A stretch of DNA of 64,000 nucleotides from Candidatus Omnitrophota bacterium (GCA_903856085.1 CAIOAT010000044.1:25402-89401); one strand, 5' to 3'; shown: positions 22,231 through 32,738, numbered from the stretch's first letter. Made by a program: numbers and translations. The notes: a model not told the origin generated them from the sequence alone.

Positions 22231-22982
22231 AACGGTTAACGTGGCTTTTACTGATCGCCTTATGGTTCGCGCCCGCCGTTTGCACGGGTGCCGAAACGGC
22301 GAAGATCTTTCAAGAGGCCAACACGAGTTACCGGACCGGGGACCACGCGAAAGCCGCGGAACTTTATGAGTCTTTGACCGAGCGGGAACCGGGCGTTGCG
22401 ACCTTTTATTACAATCTGGCGAATACATATGTGCGGCTTGGAAAACTGAGCCGTGCGATCCTGAATTATGAAAAAGCCCTGCGCCTCGATCCTCGGAACG
22501 GGGATGTCCGGGAGAATTTGCGTTACACTCGCGGACTTTTGGAATACCGCGTTGAGGATACGCGCAATTGGTACTTGAAGGCCACGGAGGTCGTTCTGAA
22601 GTATGTGACCGAACGTGAAGTCTTTGCCGTGGTTCTCGCGGTCTTGTTCGTTTTTCTGATAGGGGGAATTCTTTTCTTTCTGAACGGGCGCGGCGTTTTC
22701 TGGAATCCATGGCAGCAATTCGTTTTTGTCGTGCTCTTGCTTGCGGCGCTTGTGGCTTTTGGCAAACAGGTGCAAAGTAATGTGATCCGCGATGCAATCG
22801 TGATGCAAAAAGAGTGTGAAGCTCGTTACGGGCCGTCGGAACACGACCAGGTCGCGTTTCGTATGGGCGAGGGTATCAAAGTGTTCGTGATGGACCGGCG
22901 CGAAGATTGGAGCCGTGTGCTCTTGACGAATGGGGAGAGCGGCTGGGTGAAAGATTCCGATATCGCTGAGGTTAAGGTGTGA
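22227..22982 (+). CDS. BatE-like TPR + SH3b domain membrane protein
   Basis: Signal peptide, TPR repeats (AAELYESL..., [11 protein letters not shown]...[13 protein letters not shown]), TM helices and a C-terminal SH3b-like segment (...[19 protein letters not shown]). Confidence 0.5.
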   Translation: MKRLTWLLLIALWFAPAVCTGAETAKIFQEANTSYRTGDHAKAAELYESLTEREPGVATFYYNLANTYVRLGKLSRAILNYEKALRLDPRNGDVRENLRYTRGLLEYRVEDTRNWYLKATEVVLKYVTEREVFAVVLAVLFVFLIGGILFFLNGRGVFWNPWQQFVFVVLLLAALVAFGKQVQSNVIRDAIVMQKECEARYGPSEHDQVAFRMGEGIKVFVMDRREDWSRVLLTNGESGWVKDSDIAEVKV

Positions 22983-24160
22983 GGAATCTTCCAGACGCAA
23001 AAGGCCATTTTGGTCCTTACGGTGGACGCTATGTCCCCGAAACACTTGTGAAAGCTTGCGAGGAATTGACCTCGGCTTATCGAACGATCAAAAACGATAA
23101 AAAATTCCGGAAAGAACTAAGTATTTATCTTGAGACCTACGCCGGACGACCGACCCCGCTTTATGAAGCAAAAAATCTTGCCGCGCATTTCGGTCATGGC
23201 AGGATTTTCCTCAAACGCGAGGATCTTCTTCATACCGGTGCGCATAAGATCAATAACACACTCGCCCAAGGGCTTTTAGCCAAACGGCTCGGCAAGACGC
23301 GTATCGTGGCCGAGACCGGCGCCGGACAGCACGGCGTCGCATCTGCGACGGCGGCCTGTGTGTTTGGGCTCAAGTGTGTGGTTTATATGGGCGCGGTGGA
23401 TATGGAGCGCCAGGCGTTGAACGTTTATAAGATGAAATTACTGGGCGCGGAAGTACGGCCAGTTCACTCAGGCTCCAAGACGCTCAAGGATGCGACCAAC
23501 GAGGCGATTCGGGATTGGGTCACGAATGTTGAAGACACTCATTATCTTTTAGGTTCGGTCGTTGGGCCGCATCCTTATCCGTCGATGGTCCGCGATTTTC
23601 AGGAAGTTATTGGCAGGGAAACGCGCCGTCAAATCGTCAAGGCCGCGGGACATCTACCGAGTTATCTTATGGCCTGTGTCGGCGGTGGCAGTAATTCCAT
23701 GGGATTTTTCCATCCGTTCCTCAGGGATCGGAGCGTTCGCATGATCGGCATCGAAGCGGCCGGCGAAGGAGTAGAAACTTCTCATCATGCGGCCTCGATT
23801 ACAAAGGGGAGACCCGGTATTCTTCACGGTATGAAAAGTTATTTGCTTCAGGATAAGAACGGGCAGGTTCAGCTTGCACATTCGATCTCCGCAGGGCTGG
23901 ATTATCCGTCCGTGGGTCCAGAACATTCCTATCTGAAGGATTCGGGGCGTGTGGCCTATCAGGCTGTAACGGATGCTGATGCGCTCAAGGGCTTCGATCT
24001 TCTGACAAAACTTGAAGGGATTATGCCGGCGCTTGAACCTGCACACGCCCTGGGCTATTTACCCAAGCTGATGCCCAAGACCCGGAGATCGGATACTGTG
24101 GTCGTTTGCCTTTCCGGCCGCGGCGACAAAGATATTCACACGGTGCAGCAGCATCTATAA
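22979..24160 (+). CDS. trpB: Tryptophan synthase beta chain
   Basis: PLP-lysine motif HTGAHKINN and GGGSNSMG motif; 393 aa. Confidence 0.92.
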   Translation: MRNLPDAKGHFGPYGGRYVPETLVKACEELTSAYRTIKNDKKFRKELSIYLETYAGRPTPLYEAKNLAAHFGHGRIFLKREDLLHTGAHKINNTLAQGLLAKRLGKTRIVAETGAGQHGVASATAACVFGLKCVVYMGAVDMERQALNVYKMKLLGAEVRPVHSGSKTLKDATNEAIRDWVTNVEDTHYLLGSVVGPHPYPSMVRDFQEVIGRETRRQIVKAAGHLPSYLMACVGGGSNSMGFFHPFLRDRSVRMIGIEAAGEGVETSHHAASITKGRPGILHGMKSYLLQDKNGQVQLAHSISAGLDYPSVGPEHSYLKDSGRVAYQAVTDADALKGFDLLTKLEGIMPALEPAHALGYLPKLMPKTRRSDTVVVCLSGRGDKDIHTVQQHL

Positions 24161-24242
24161 AAGTCTACAGACTTTAGGCCTCGGGCAACGGTAAAAACTA
24201 ATGTTTCTCCGTGTTTCTAAACGATTATCGAGGAAATGAAAA

Positions 24243-25031
24243 TTGAAGAATTACTTAACGCTTAAAATTCAAGAAGTCCGGAGAAAAAAGCGTAAGCTTT
24301 TTTGCGTTTTTTTGACGCTAGGGTATCCCAGTATCGCTGCGACGGAGCGGCTCATTCTGTCTTCCGAACAGGCGGGGGTGGATATCATCGAATTGGGTTT
24401 TCCTTTCTCGGATCCTCTCGCGGACGGGCCGACAATCCAGTATTCATCGGAACAGGCCATTAAAAAAAACGTTACGATCAAAGACGCGTTGGCTCTCGTG
24501 CGCCGTCTTCGTCAAAAAGGTTCCAAGATTCCGATTCTCTTTTTTGGCTATTTCAACCCGGTCTTTTCGTACGGCGGGAAAGATTTTGCCCGGGACGCTA
24601 GAGATTCGGGGATGGACGGTTTGATCATTCCGGACTTGCCGCCCGAAGAAGAAGTGGCGTTCCAAAAAATATGTCGGAAACAAAAGCTTCACAGGGTACA
24701 GTTGGTTGCTCCGACGACCAAGGATGCAAGGGCTAAGATGCTTGTTGGGAAGTCTCAAGAGTTCATCTATTATGTTTCGCTCAAAGGCGTGACGGGCGCG
24801 CAAAAAGCAATGCCTGCGGACCTTAAGGCACACCTCTCAAAATTAAAACGAATGACCGCGAAGCCGGTTTTGGCTGGGTTCGGTATCTCCACACCCGAGC
24901 AGGCGCGGGCTATCTCCCAGATGAGCGATGGCGTGATCGTTGGCAGTGCGGTGATCGAACACTTGAAGCGTGGAGTTCCTGTGGCTGAACGGTTTATTCT
25001 TAAAATGTCACGTGCGATACACGGTTCATGA
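24243..25031 (+). CDS. trpA: Tryptophan synthase alpha chain
   Basis: ELGFPFSDPLADGPTIQ motif. The start is an apparent TTG at 24243, preceded by GAGGAAA. Confidence 0.88.
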   Translation: MKNYLTLKIQEVRRKKRKLFCVFLTLGYPSIAATERLILSSEQAGVDIIELGFPFSDPLADGPTIQYSSEQAIKKNVTIKDALALVRRLRQKGSKIPILFFGYFNPVFSYGGKDFARDARDSGMDGLIIPDLPPEEEVAFQKICRKQKLHRVQLVAPTTKDARAKMLVGKSQEFIYYVSLKGVTGAQKAMPADLKAHLSKLKRMTAKPVLAGFGISTPEQARAISQMSDGVIVGSAVIEHLKRGVPVAERFILKMSRAIHGS

Positions 25032-25453
25032 GTGGCGCGCTTCTGGGTCTTGACCTCGGCGAGAAAAGAATTGGGGTTGCGTTCGTGCCGGCTGGAACAA
25101 CGATCGCGTTTCCTGTGAAGACGATCGAGGTGAAAGGCCGGGAACAGGTTCTGCTCCAGATCCAGAAATTGATCCTTGAGCATAAAGCGGAAAAGGTCGT
25201 GGTCGGGCTTCCGATAACGCTCAAGGGCGAGATGGGGATCGCAGCGAAGAAGCGGGTCCAAGAAGTCGAGTGGTATCAGTCTCGAATTGCGGTGCCGGTG
25301 GTGATGTGGGACGAGAGGTTATCCTCCAAAGAAGTAGAGCGCATGCTGATCTCGGCAGATGTGAGTCGTGAGAGGCGCAAAGAAGTCATTGATCAGTTGG
25401 CCGCTCAAAGAATATTGCAGAATTATTTAGACAGTACGATTGCTAACGCATAA
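25028..25453 (+). CDS. ruvX: RuvX/YqgF Holliday-junction-resolvase-like pre-16S rRNA nuclease
   Basis: LGLDLGEKRIGVA motif; 141 aa. Confidence 0.85.
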   Translation: MSGALLGLDLGEKRIGVAFVPAGTTIAFPVKTIEVKGREQVLLQIQKLILEHKAEKVVVGLPITLKGEMGIAAKKRVQEVEWYQSRIAVPVVMWDERLSSKEVERMLISADVSRERRKEVIDQLAAQRILQNYLDSTIANA

Positions 25454-25462
25454 AGGGGAATC

Positions 25463-26743
25463 ATGACCTATCAATTGACGACGTTTGAAAATGGACTCAG
25501 GGTTTTGACGGTTCCCATGGCCAATCGCGAATCGGCGGCCGTGGCAATTTGGGTCAAGGCCGGAGGTCGCTACGAACCCAAGAAGATCTCGGGGATATCG
25601 CATTTTCTGGAGCATCTGATGTTTAAGGGTACGCCGACGCGGAGCACGCGTCAGATCAAGGAAGAGATCGAGGGCGTTGGCGGAATCCTGAATGCTTTCA
25701 CCGGGGAAGAAATGACCTGCTATTTTGCGAAGCTTCTAAAGCAATATTATCCCCGGGCGCTTGACGTTCTTTCCGATATGGTGCTCCATTCGACAATCCC
25801 GGCGGATGAACTGGTTAAGGAAAGGACTGTGATCCTGGAAGAGATCAAGATGTATCGCGATGTGCCTTCCCATCACGTGCATGATCTGATGGGGGAGCTT
25901 CTGTGGCCGGATCAGCCGCTTGGCCGGACGCTCGCTGGTTCACCGGAAACGGTTTCCCGGATGACGCGTGGCGACATTCTGAAATATAAGGATAATTATT
26001 ACCATAACAGCAATATTCTGGTTTCGGTTTCCGGAAATGTGGATCACGATGAGGTCCTGGCGCGCGTTGCTGATATTTACAAAACGCGGCAACCGAAGAA
26101 GCCATCCGTTTTTGTTCCGGCGAAAAGCGTGCAGACTAAGCCGCGCACCCATTACTACGAGAAGGCGACAGAGCAGACGCATTTGGTGATCGGTCTCCAC
26201 GCCCTTCCGCGTATGCATCCGGACCGTTACAAACTGGGTCTTCTGCATGTGATCCTTGGGGCGAATATGTCGAGCCGTCTTTTCGAGGAAGTACGCGAAA
26301 AACGAGGCCTGGCTTACGAGATCAAGTCTGGAATGTCCGGCTATCAGGATGCCGGGGCTTTTACCGTGTCGGCCGGTGTAGAAACGAAAAAGACCGTGCG
26401 GGCTGTGGCGGTGATCATGAAGGAACTTACGAAAGTGCGGAAAAGTTTTGTGAAGTCTGGCGAACTCCGCCGCGCAAAGGATTATTTCATGAGCCAAGTC
26501 TCCTTGGGCGTTGAAGACACGCTGGATCATCTGCTTTGGGCGGGTGAAAAGGCTCTTTGCTCGGGAGAATTGCCGAACAAAACGGAAATCCGTCAAAAGA
26601 TAGAGACTGTGACGTTGGAAGACATTCAAGGGGTCGCGCAGAAGATCTTCCGTACTGGAAATTTAAATCTTTCACTGATCGGGCCGGTGCCGGAGAAGAT
26701 GCAGCGCGAAATCACCAAAAATCTAATTATCGAAGCAGTTTGA
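25463..26743 (+). CDS. M16 family zinc peptidase (insulinase/pitrilysin-like)
   Basis: Inverted zinc motif HFLEHLMFKG (HxxEH) and 426 aa. Confidence 0.85.
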   Translation: MTYQLTTFENGLRVLTVPMANRESAAVAIWVKAGGRYEPKKISGISHFLEHLMFKGTPTRSTRQIKEEIEGVGGILNAFTGEEMTCYFAKLLKQYYPRALDVLSDMVLHSTIPADELVKERTVILEEIKMYRDVPSHHVHDLMGELLWPDQPLGRTLAGSPETVSRMTRGDILKYKDNYYHNSNILVSVSGNVDHDEVLARVADIYKTRQPKKPSVFVPAKSVQTKPRTHYYEKATEQTHLVIGLHALPRMHPDRYKLGLLHVILGANMSSRLFEEVREKRGLAYEIKSGMSGYQDAGAFTVSAGVETKKTVRAVAVIMKELTKVRKSFVKSGELRRAKDYFMSQVSLGVEDTLDHLLWAGEKALCSGELPNKTEIRQKIETVTLEDIQGVAQKIFRTGNLNLSLIGPVPEKMQREITKNLIIEAV

Positions 26744-26753
26744 GGAGAATATC

Positions 26754-27404
26754 GTGAAGAAAATAATGATTGCCCCCAGTTTGCTTTCTGCGGATTTCAG
26801 CCGGTTGGCCGAAGAGATCCGGGATGTGGAAAAAGCCGGATGTGACGCGCTTCATATCGATGTAATGGATGGGCATTTTGTGCCGAATCTAACGATTGGG
26901 CCGCTCGTTGTGAGTGCGATCCGCAAGGTCACAAAGCTGCCGCTGGATGTTCATTTGATGATCGATGCGCCGTCCCGCTATGTAGGCGAATTCCGTAAGG
27001 CCGGTGCCGATTGGATCACGATCCACATCGAAGCGGAAAACGATGTACTGAAAACTCTACAAGAGATTAAAAAACTTGGAGCCAAGGCTGGAATTTCGCT
27101 TCGCCCAAAGACTCCCGTGGAAACGATTCTTCCTTATCTTTCGGAGCTGGATCTCGCTCTCGTTATGTCAGTCGAGCCGGGGTTTGGTGGACAATCGTTC
27201 ATGCCCGATATGATGGCAAAGGTCAAAGTGCTGCGTTCGAAGTTTCAAGGGCTCATTTCCGTGGATGGCGGTATTGGTGCCGGGAATGCGTTTCAGGCGC
27301 TTGAGGCAGGGGCTGATATCCTGGTTGCGGGAAGTGCTGTTTTCGGAAAAGCGGATCGTGTGAAGGCAATCCAGGAATTTCGTGAGATTTTTAAGAAATT
27401 CTGA
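26754..27404 (+). CDS. rpe: Ribulose-phosphate 3-epimerase
   Basis: [22 protein letters not shown] and VDGGI motifs. Confidence 0.9.
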   Translation: MKKIMIAPSLLSADFSRLAEEIRDVEKAGCDALHIDVMDGHFVPNLTIGPLVVSAIRKVTKLPLDVHLMIDAPSRYVGEFRKAGADWITIHIEAENDVLKTLQEIKKLGAKAGISLRPKTPVETILPYLSELDLALVMSVEPGFGGQSFMPDMMAKVKVLRSKFQGLISVDGGIGAGNAFQALEAGADILVAGSAVFGKADRVKAIQEFREIFKKF

Positions 27405-29185
27405 TGATCCCCTCCCAAATTCGTAATTTCTCCATCATCGCGCATATTGACCACGGTAAATCCACGCTTGCGGACCGTTTGCTCTTGCACACCGGGGCCA
27501 TCACCAAGCGAGAGTTCCGCGAACAGATTCTGGATGATATGGAACTGGAACGTGAGCGAGGGATTACGATCAAGGCGCGTGCGGTGCGCATTCACTATAA
27601 GGATCATTGGCTCAATCTCATCGACACGCCGGGTCATATCGATTTCACTTATGAAGTCTCCAAAAGCCTCGCGGCTTGCGAGGGTGTCCTGCTTCTTGTG
27701 GATGCCGGGCAAGGGATCCAGGCGCAGACTGTGACGAATCTTTATCTGGCCATGGAGCGCAATCTCAAGATCATTCCCATTGTGACGAAGATCGATCTTC
27801 CGACCGCAGAGCCGGAGCGGGTTAAAAAAGAGATTGTTGATTTTCTCGGGGTCGATGAAAAAGAGATTATTCTGTCGAGTGCGAAGACCGGGGAGGGTGC
27901 CGAGGAAATCCTGACGGCCATTATCGACAAAATACCGCCGCCACAAGGGGATCTTGAAAAACCTTTACGTGCGCTCATTTTTGATTCCAAATTCGATAGC
28001 TATCAGGGGGTCGTGGCCTATTTCCGCATTTTTGACGGAAGGCTCCGGACGCACGACCAAGTTCTGATGATGCAGACCGGGCATCACCACGAGGTCGATC
28101 AGATCGGGATTTTTAATCCAAACCCGGAGGCTGTCGATGAACTTGGGGCTGGTGCGGTGGGCTATGTGAATGCAAACATCAAGGACATTTCCGAGGTCAA
28201 GATCGGGGATACCCTGACGCTTGCGTCGAATCCGGCACCGGAAGCGTTGCCGGGTTACCAGGACGTGAAACCCATGGTTTTTTGCGGCCTTTATCCGATC
28301 CAAGCGAATGATTTTGCGCTGTTGCGGGACGCTCTCGCGAAGCTCAGGCTCAATGACTCCTCATTTGTTTATGAACCGGAATCTTCGGCATCGCTAGGGC
28401 ATGGGTATCGTTGTGGATTTTTGGGCCTTTTGCATATGGATATCATCAAGGAGCGGCTTGAGCGAGAATTCAATCTTCAGCTTATCATTACCGCGCCGAA
28501 TGTCCGGTACAAAGTGCTAACGACCAAGGGGGATATTGTTGACATCGAGAATCCTACCCACTTGCCGCCGGTGCAGCAGATCGAGATCATTGAGGAGCCG
28601 TATATCCGGGCGCATGTGATGATCCCTTCGACGGCACTTGGGGTGATCATGCAGCTTTGTCAGGACCGCCGAGGCACTTATATCAGCACGGAATATCTCG
28701 ACGCGAAGCGTGCCGTGCTCACTTACGAGATCCCGTTCTCGGAGATTGTGATGGATTTCTATGATAAGATCAAATCGCTTACGGCCGGATATGGATCGCT
28801 CAATTATGAATTCATCGGGCATAAGCCGTCGGATCTTGTTAAAATGGACATCTTGATTAATGGGGAGCCCGTCGATGCGCTTGCGATCATCACCTGGAAA
28901 GAGAAAGCCTATCCGCGGGGTAAGGCGCTTGTCGAGAAGCTCAAGGAGGTGATTCCGCGGCAGATGTTTGAGGTGGTAATCCAGGCGGCAATCGGAGCGA
29001 AGGTAATCGCTCGAGATTCAATCGCTGCGATCAAGAAGAACGTGACGGCTAAATGCTACGGGGGCGACATCACACGTAAGCGCAAACTTTGGGAAAAACA
29101 GAAGGAAGGGAAGAAGCGTATGAAAAAGATCGGGAAAGTGGATCTTCCGCAAGAAGCATTCATCAGTATTTTAAAGGTGGAATAA
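27404..29185 (+). CDS. lepA: Elongation factor 4 (LepA)
   Basis: [17 protein letters not shown]-domain; 593 aa with a conserved LepA C-terminal domain. Confidence 0.93.
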   Translation: MIPSQIRNFSIIAHIDHGKSTLADRLLLHTGAITKREFREQILDDMELERERGITIKARAVRIHYKDHWLNLIDTPGHIDFTYEVSKSLAACEGVLLLVDAGQGIQAQTVTNLYLAMERNLKIIPIVTKIDLPTAEPERVKKEIVDFLGVDEKEIILSSAKTGEGAEEILTAIIDKIPPPQGDLEKPLRALIFDSKFDSYQGVVAYFRIFDGRLRTHDQVLMMQTGHHHEVDQIGIFNPNPEAVDELGAGAVGYVNANIKDISEVKIGDTLTLASNPAPEALPGYQDVKPMVFCGLYPIQANDFALLRDALAKLRLNDSSFVYEPESSASLGHGYRCGFLGLLHMDIIKERLEREFNLQLIITAPNVRYKVLTTKGDIVDIENPTHLPPVQQIEIIEEPYIRAHVMIPSTALGVIMQLCQDRRGTYISTEYLDAKRAVLTYEIPFSEIVMDFYDKIKSLTAGYGSLNYEFIGHKPSDLVKMDILINGEPVDALAIITWKEKAYPRGKALVEKLKEVIPRQMFEVVIQAAIGAKVIARDSIAAIKKNVTAKCYGGDITRKRKLWEKQKEGKKRMKKIGKVDLPQEAFISILKVE

Positions 29186-29186
29186 T

Positions 29187-29852
29187 ATGGAATTGGATCT
29201 TATTCAAGTTATTCGAAAATATTTATGGGTCTTGCCGGTGGCGTTGGTTTTGGCCTACACGTATAGAGCAAAACTCGCTCATGAGTGGCGATTCGCCTGG
29301 GCCGAGCCCCGCCGGTGGCTTTTTGAAAAATGGAAGAACTGGGGTGAGCCTCTTTTGATCGCGGCGGTGCTTGCCATTCTAATTCGCACGTTCATTTTTG
29401 GACCGTACAAGATTCCGACCGGTTCCATGATACCGACTTTTATGGAACAGGATAAAATCTTTGTCGATAAGCTGAGTTATCGTTTTCACTTGCCCGAACG
29501 CGGAGATATCATTGTGTTCAAGTATCCGCTTGATCGCAAAAAGGATTTTGTTAAACGGCTTGCGGGGCTTCCGGGAGAAACGCTTGAGATACGCAAGGGA
29601 GTGTTGCTTGTCAATGGAAAGCCGATGACGGACCCTCCGTTTTCCAGGAACACCTACTACAATGTTGAAGACTGGAAGTTTGGCAAGTCCGGTCAGGTGA
29701 TTCGTGTGCCGGACGGCCATTATTTTGCGCTGGGGGACAATTCCGCGCACTCGGCCGATAGCCGCCAGTGGGGATTCGTGTCCAAAAAAGATCTGGTGGG
29801 GAAAGCCTTCATGATCTGGTGGCCACCGCAACGCATCAGACTCACAAAGTAG
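29187..29852 (+). CDS. lepB: Signal peptidase I
   Basis: Ser box GSMIPT, Lys box VKRLAGLPG, and the GDNSAHSADSR box. Confidence 0.88.
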   Translation: MELDLIQVIRKYLWVLPVALVLAYTYRAKLAHEWRFAWAEPRRWLFEKWKNWGEPLLIAAVLAILIRTFIFGPYKIPTGSMIPTFMEQDKIFVDKLSYRFHLPERGDIIVFKYPLDRKKDFVKRLAGLPGETLEIRKGVLLVNGKPMTDPPFSRNTYYNVEDWKFGKSGQVIRVPDGHYFALGDNSAHSADSRQWGFVSKKDLVGKAFMIWWPPQRIRLTK

Positions 29853-29860
29853 TCGCACCT

Positions 29861-29956
29861 CGCCTGATTCTCAATCAAAAAAGAGATCAGAAATCAGAGC
29901 AGTTCTGGTTTTCGAATAAAGCTCTTCAGGAAAACCAGGGCGCCTGATTCTCAATA
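29861..29956. repeat. Two copies of the direct repeat CGCCTGATTCTCAAT (29861-29875, 29941-29955) flanking a 9-bp hairpin CTGGTTTTC/GAAAACCAG
   Basis: Exact 15-nt direct repeat 80 bp apart in the lepB-to-SPOR intergenic region. The inverted repeat between them is at about 29905-29939. Confidence 0.45.
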
Positions 29957-30087
29957 ATCTTTTCAATGGAAGACCAGTGCTGTCCTGGTTTTTCAGCGTT
30001 TCTATGCGTGGCGTGCTGAAATTTATTTCGATTCTTATTAAATCTTCCGTGCGAGTTGCCGTAAATGTATACACGGAGGATTTAACC

Positions 30088-30693
30088 ATGCAAACGGAAT
30101 TATTCGATCTGCCATTGCCCCGGACTCTTTCAGAGGATTCGACAGTTTCAAAGACTTCTTTCCTTGAAAAGACCTTCATCACGTTGCGTCTTGACCAGGC
30201 GATTGGGTTGACGCTTATCCTGCTTGTCATCTATGTACTGACCTTTTCTTGGGGAGTTGAAAAGGGAAAGAAGGCTTCACGCGAAAGCCAGGTGATTCGT
30301 ACGGGTTCTGCTGAGGTTCTTTCTTCGGAAACCTCACAAACTGTTGTTGCTTCGGTCGCCAAGACGCCCTTAGCGGCTATGGCTGATGAGTCTGTTTCCA
30401 AGGAAGTTCCGATCACAGTTGCAGACTTGCCTAAGCCTGTAGCGAAGGTCATGAAACCTGACGGGAAGTTCACCATCCAGCATGTGACCTATATTACCCG
30501 ATCTGCAGCGGATCGTGAGATCCAAAAACTTGCCCAGCGGGGATACAGTTCCTTTGTGATCCCGAGCGGAAAGCACTTGCAGGTTTGTATTGCGGCATTC
30601 CAGTCGCGTCAGGATGCGTCTCTGCTCCTCAAACAGCTGAGGGCTCAGGGCCTTGTTTCAGGCGACGCCTATGTGCGGCCGATGGTTCGCTGA
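30088..30693 (+). CDS. SPOR-domain protein (septal peptidoglycan binding); the ORF track gives an alternative start at 29977
   Basis: C-terminal SPOR fold (FTIQHVTYITRSAADREIQKLAQRGYSSFVIP...QVCIAAFQSRQDASLLLKQL). The ATG at 30088 has a GGAGGA RBS 7 nt upstream. It has a TM helix. Confidence 0.65.
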   Translation: MQTELFDLPLPRTLSEDSTVSKTSFLEKTFITLRLDQAIGLTLILLVIYVLTFSWGVEKGKKASRESQVIRTGSAEVLSSETSQTVVASVAKTPLAAMADESVSKEVPITVADLPKPVAKVMKPDGKFTIQHVTYITRSAADREIQKLAQRGYSSFVIPSGKHLQVCIAAFQSRQDASLLLKQLRAQGLVSGDAYVRPMVR

Positions 30694-30773
30694 CCGCGCT
30701 GACTTCGTGTTAAAATAGCTTAAAAATAGAATGTTTGCGCACTTTTCAGCTAGCCATTTTCCTTCCGCATCAG

Positions 30774-30779
30774 TATAAT
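30774..30779 (+). promoter_or_regulatory. -10 box TATAAT upstream of the small basic protein gene (weak -35)
   Basis: cagTATAATacg in an AT-rich intergenic region. The -35 region AGCCAT is poor. Confidence 0.3.
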
Positions 30780-30823
30780 ACGCTCCTCCAACAGCATAAC
30801 TGTTCGGATCGATCCAATTCACT

Positions 30824-30860
30824 AATACTGCGTTTCTATTGATTTAAGGGTCGCAGTATT
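30824..30860. promoter_or_regulatory. Perfect 9-bp inverted repeat AATACTGCG-N19-CGCAGTATT in the leader of the small basic protein gene
   Basis: Arms at 30824-30832 and 30852-30860, read directly. They lie downstream of the TATAAT box at 30774-30779 and upstream of the RBS at 30902. Confidence 0.4.
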
Positions 30861-30919
30861 GTACCGGTAACTCCTAAAATCAAATGGAGAACGGTACTAA
30901 CAAAGGAGTCCAGTGTCTT

Positions 30920-31216
30920 ATGTCTCAACATCCTAGCCTGCGTTCTGACAGTGTCGGAGCCAAACACCGAAATGTTTTCAAACGTCTTGAACGCGTCAAG
31001 AAACTCCAAGAAATGGGCAAGTGGAGCGAAAATGCAACGGCTTACAATCTTCCGAAAGTGAAGTCGCAGAAGATCAAGATGAAGAAGGTTAAAGAGGCGA
31101 AGGCAGGAGCCGCTGAAGGAGCCGCAGCTCCCGGTGCTGCAGCGCCCGCAGCCGGCGCGAAACCCGCAGCAGGTAAAGCTGCCGGAAAACCAGCCGGCGA
31201 TAGCAAAAAAGCTTAA
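30920..31216 (+). CDS. Small basic protein with a Lys/Ala/Pro-rich histone-H1-like tail; the track start at 30884 is probably too early
   Basis: The ATG at 30920 is preceded by AAAGGAG. The C-terminus is AKAGAAEGAAAPGAAAPAAGAKPAAGKAAGKPAGDSKKA. It has a long AT-rich upstream region with a TATAAT box. Confidence 0.5.
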   Translation: MSQHPSLRSDSVGAKHRNVFKRLERVKKLQEMGKWSENATAYNLPKVKSQKIKMKKVKEAKAGAAEGAAAPGAAAPAAGAKPAAGKAAGKPAGDSKKA

Positions 31217-31237
31217 CGGAGCCAAGAAAACTTTTCT

Positions 31238-31735
31238 ATGATTACGATCCGAAGATCTGTGCAGGATGATGACGCGGCAGTGGTCGATCTTATCACCAGT
31301 ATTATGGATAGCGAGTTTCATGACGCTAAGCACGCTTATCCGACGGAGGATGTCGAGTGCATTGAGAAGGCCTATGGCGGAATCGGTGAAGCGTTCTTTG
31401 TGGCGGTGGATAATAAATCACACAAAGTCGTTGGCACCGTTGCCATCAAGAAAGAGGATGGCCGTGTCGCATTGCTCCGACGATTGTTTGTCGCGCCCAC
31501 GCATCGCAATCTGAAGATCGGTAAGAAGTTGATTGATCGTGCGCTTGATTTTTGCCGTGAGGTGGGTTACGAAGAAGTCGTTTTTAAAACAACCTCGAAG
31601 ATGTCGGGGGCGATCGATCTTTGTCGCAAGAACGGTTTTGTTCAGCGAGCACATATCGTTTTGGGGCCCGTCGAACTTATCAAGTTATCGCTGTGCCTTC
31701 GTGAAGATGTCCATGCCATGAGGGGGAAAGATTAG
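31238..31735 (+). CDS. GNAT family N-acetyltransferase
   Basis: Motif A-like segment LFVAPTHRNLKIGKKLIDRALDF; 165 aa. Confidence 0.7.
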   Translation: MITIRRSVQDDDAAVVDLITSIMDSEFHDAKHAYPTEDVECIEKAYGGIGEAFFVAVDNKSHKVVGTVAIKKEDGRVALLRRLFVAPTHRNLKIGKKLIDRALDFCREVGYEEVVFKTTSKMSGAIDLCRKNGFVQRAHIVLGPVELIKLSLCLREDVHAMRGKD

Positions 31736-31736
31736 C

Positions 31737-32738
31737 ATGGGGTTTTTTAGCAAGAAGAAAAATGCCGACGCATCCTCATCGGTGCTTTCGGAATCTGAAA
31801 TTCAGAAAAGGCTGTATGGCGAGTTTTCTGCGGGAGCTTCTCATGTCGTGATCGGGGATCGGGAGCATCTCAAGGAGCCTGCTCCGGCGCCGTTCATGCC
31901 GAAAGAACCTGCTCTGGAGAAAGATTCGGCTCTCGATCTTTTTAACGTGCAAAGAGATGCGTTGTCTGAACCCCGCCCTGCTTCGCATCAGGTTTCTCCA
32001 GAACAAAAGCCGGCCGATCATGCATCGCGCTATGTCCCGCTTCATGATTTTGAAAAAAAACCTGTCTCTTCCGCTTCGGCGCCCTCCAGTTCGGATTCCT
32101 ACGCTCGTTTTCGTTATAACCGTCCTCAGGAAAATAAGTTAGCTGCGTTCCTGGATCTGTTTAGAGGCTTTTCCGAAAAAATAGGCGAGCTGGTCAAATT
32201 ATTTTTAGACCCCAAACAGGTGGCCATCCGACGTGTTTTTTATTGGGGCGCTGCGGTCCTTGTTGTTTTTCTCCTTTTTTGGGGAGTGAACGCACTCAAT
32301 TCTCAACGGGAAGAAGCACTACGTGCCCGGTATAAGATTCCTTCCGTAAAGATTCCGGGTGCTGTGGCGGTGGTTGCTCCTGCTAATCCTGTGGCGGAAC
32401 GTCCCGTGGTCATCACTCCGGCTCCTGTCAGATCGAAAAAAACGCATGCTCCCGAGGGGAGTACAGCGCCCGCGGCTCCGGTGAGTGGATCTTATGTGAT
32501 CCAGGTCGTGACCTATCCGACTAAACAGGATGCGGATCAGGTTGTGGAAACGTTTAAGCGCGCAGGTTTTCATGCTTTTGTTAAAGAGAATACACGGCCG
32601 AGCGGGCGACTTTTTTATCTCGTGCTTCTCGGAGGGTTCCGCACCGAGTCGGAAGCCCAGGCTCAGCTTTTGAGATTTCGCGCTAAAGATGTCGCACGTC
32701 CCTTTCAGGACGCTTTTGTGAAATCGAGCCGATCATGA
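31737..32738 (+). CDS. SPOR-domain membrane protein
   Basis: Central TM (VFYWGAAVLVVFLLFWGV), a Pro/Ala-rich linker and a C-terminal SPOR (YVIQVVTYPTKQDADQVVETFKRAGFHAFV...LGGFRTESEAQ). Confidence 0.65.
   Translation: MGFFSKKKNADASSSVLSESEIQKRLYGEFSAGASHVVIGDREHLKEPAPAPFMPKEPALEKDSALDLFNVQRDALSEPRPASHQVSPEQKPADHASRYVPLHDFEKKPVSSASAPSSSDSYARFRYNRPQENKLAAFLDLFRGFSEKIGELVKLFLDPKQVAIRRVFYWGAAVLVVFLLFWGVNALNSQREEALRARYKIPSVKIPGAVAVVAPANPVAERPVVITPAPVRSKKTHAPEGSTAPAAPVSGSYVIQVVTYPTKQDADQVVETFKRAGFHAFVKENTRPSGRLFYLVLLGGFRTESEAQAQLLRFRAKDVARPFQDAFVKSSRS

Noticed and set aside
24161-24242. Small palindrome AAGTCT-AC-AGACTT immediately after the trpB stop.
   Set aside because: It is a 6-bp arm with a 2-nt spacer and no T-tract. 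That is too small to call a terminator and is probably a coincidental restriction-site-like palindrome.
30884-30919. The ORF-track start at 30884 for the small basic protein (MENGTNKGVQCL...).
   Set aside because: There is no RBS before 30884, whereas AAAGGAG sits 11 nt before the ATG at 30920. The extra 12 residues are probably not translated.
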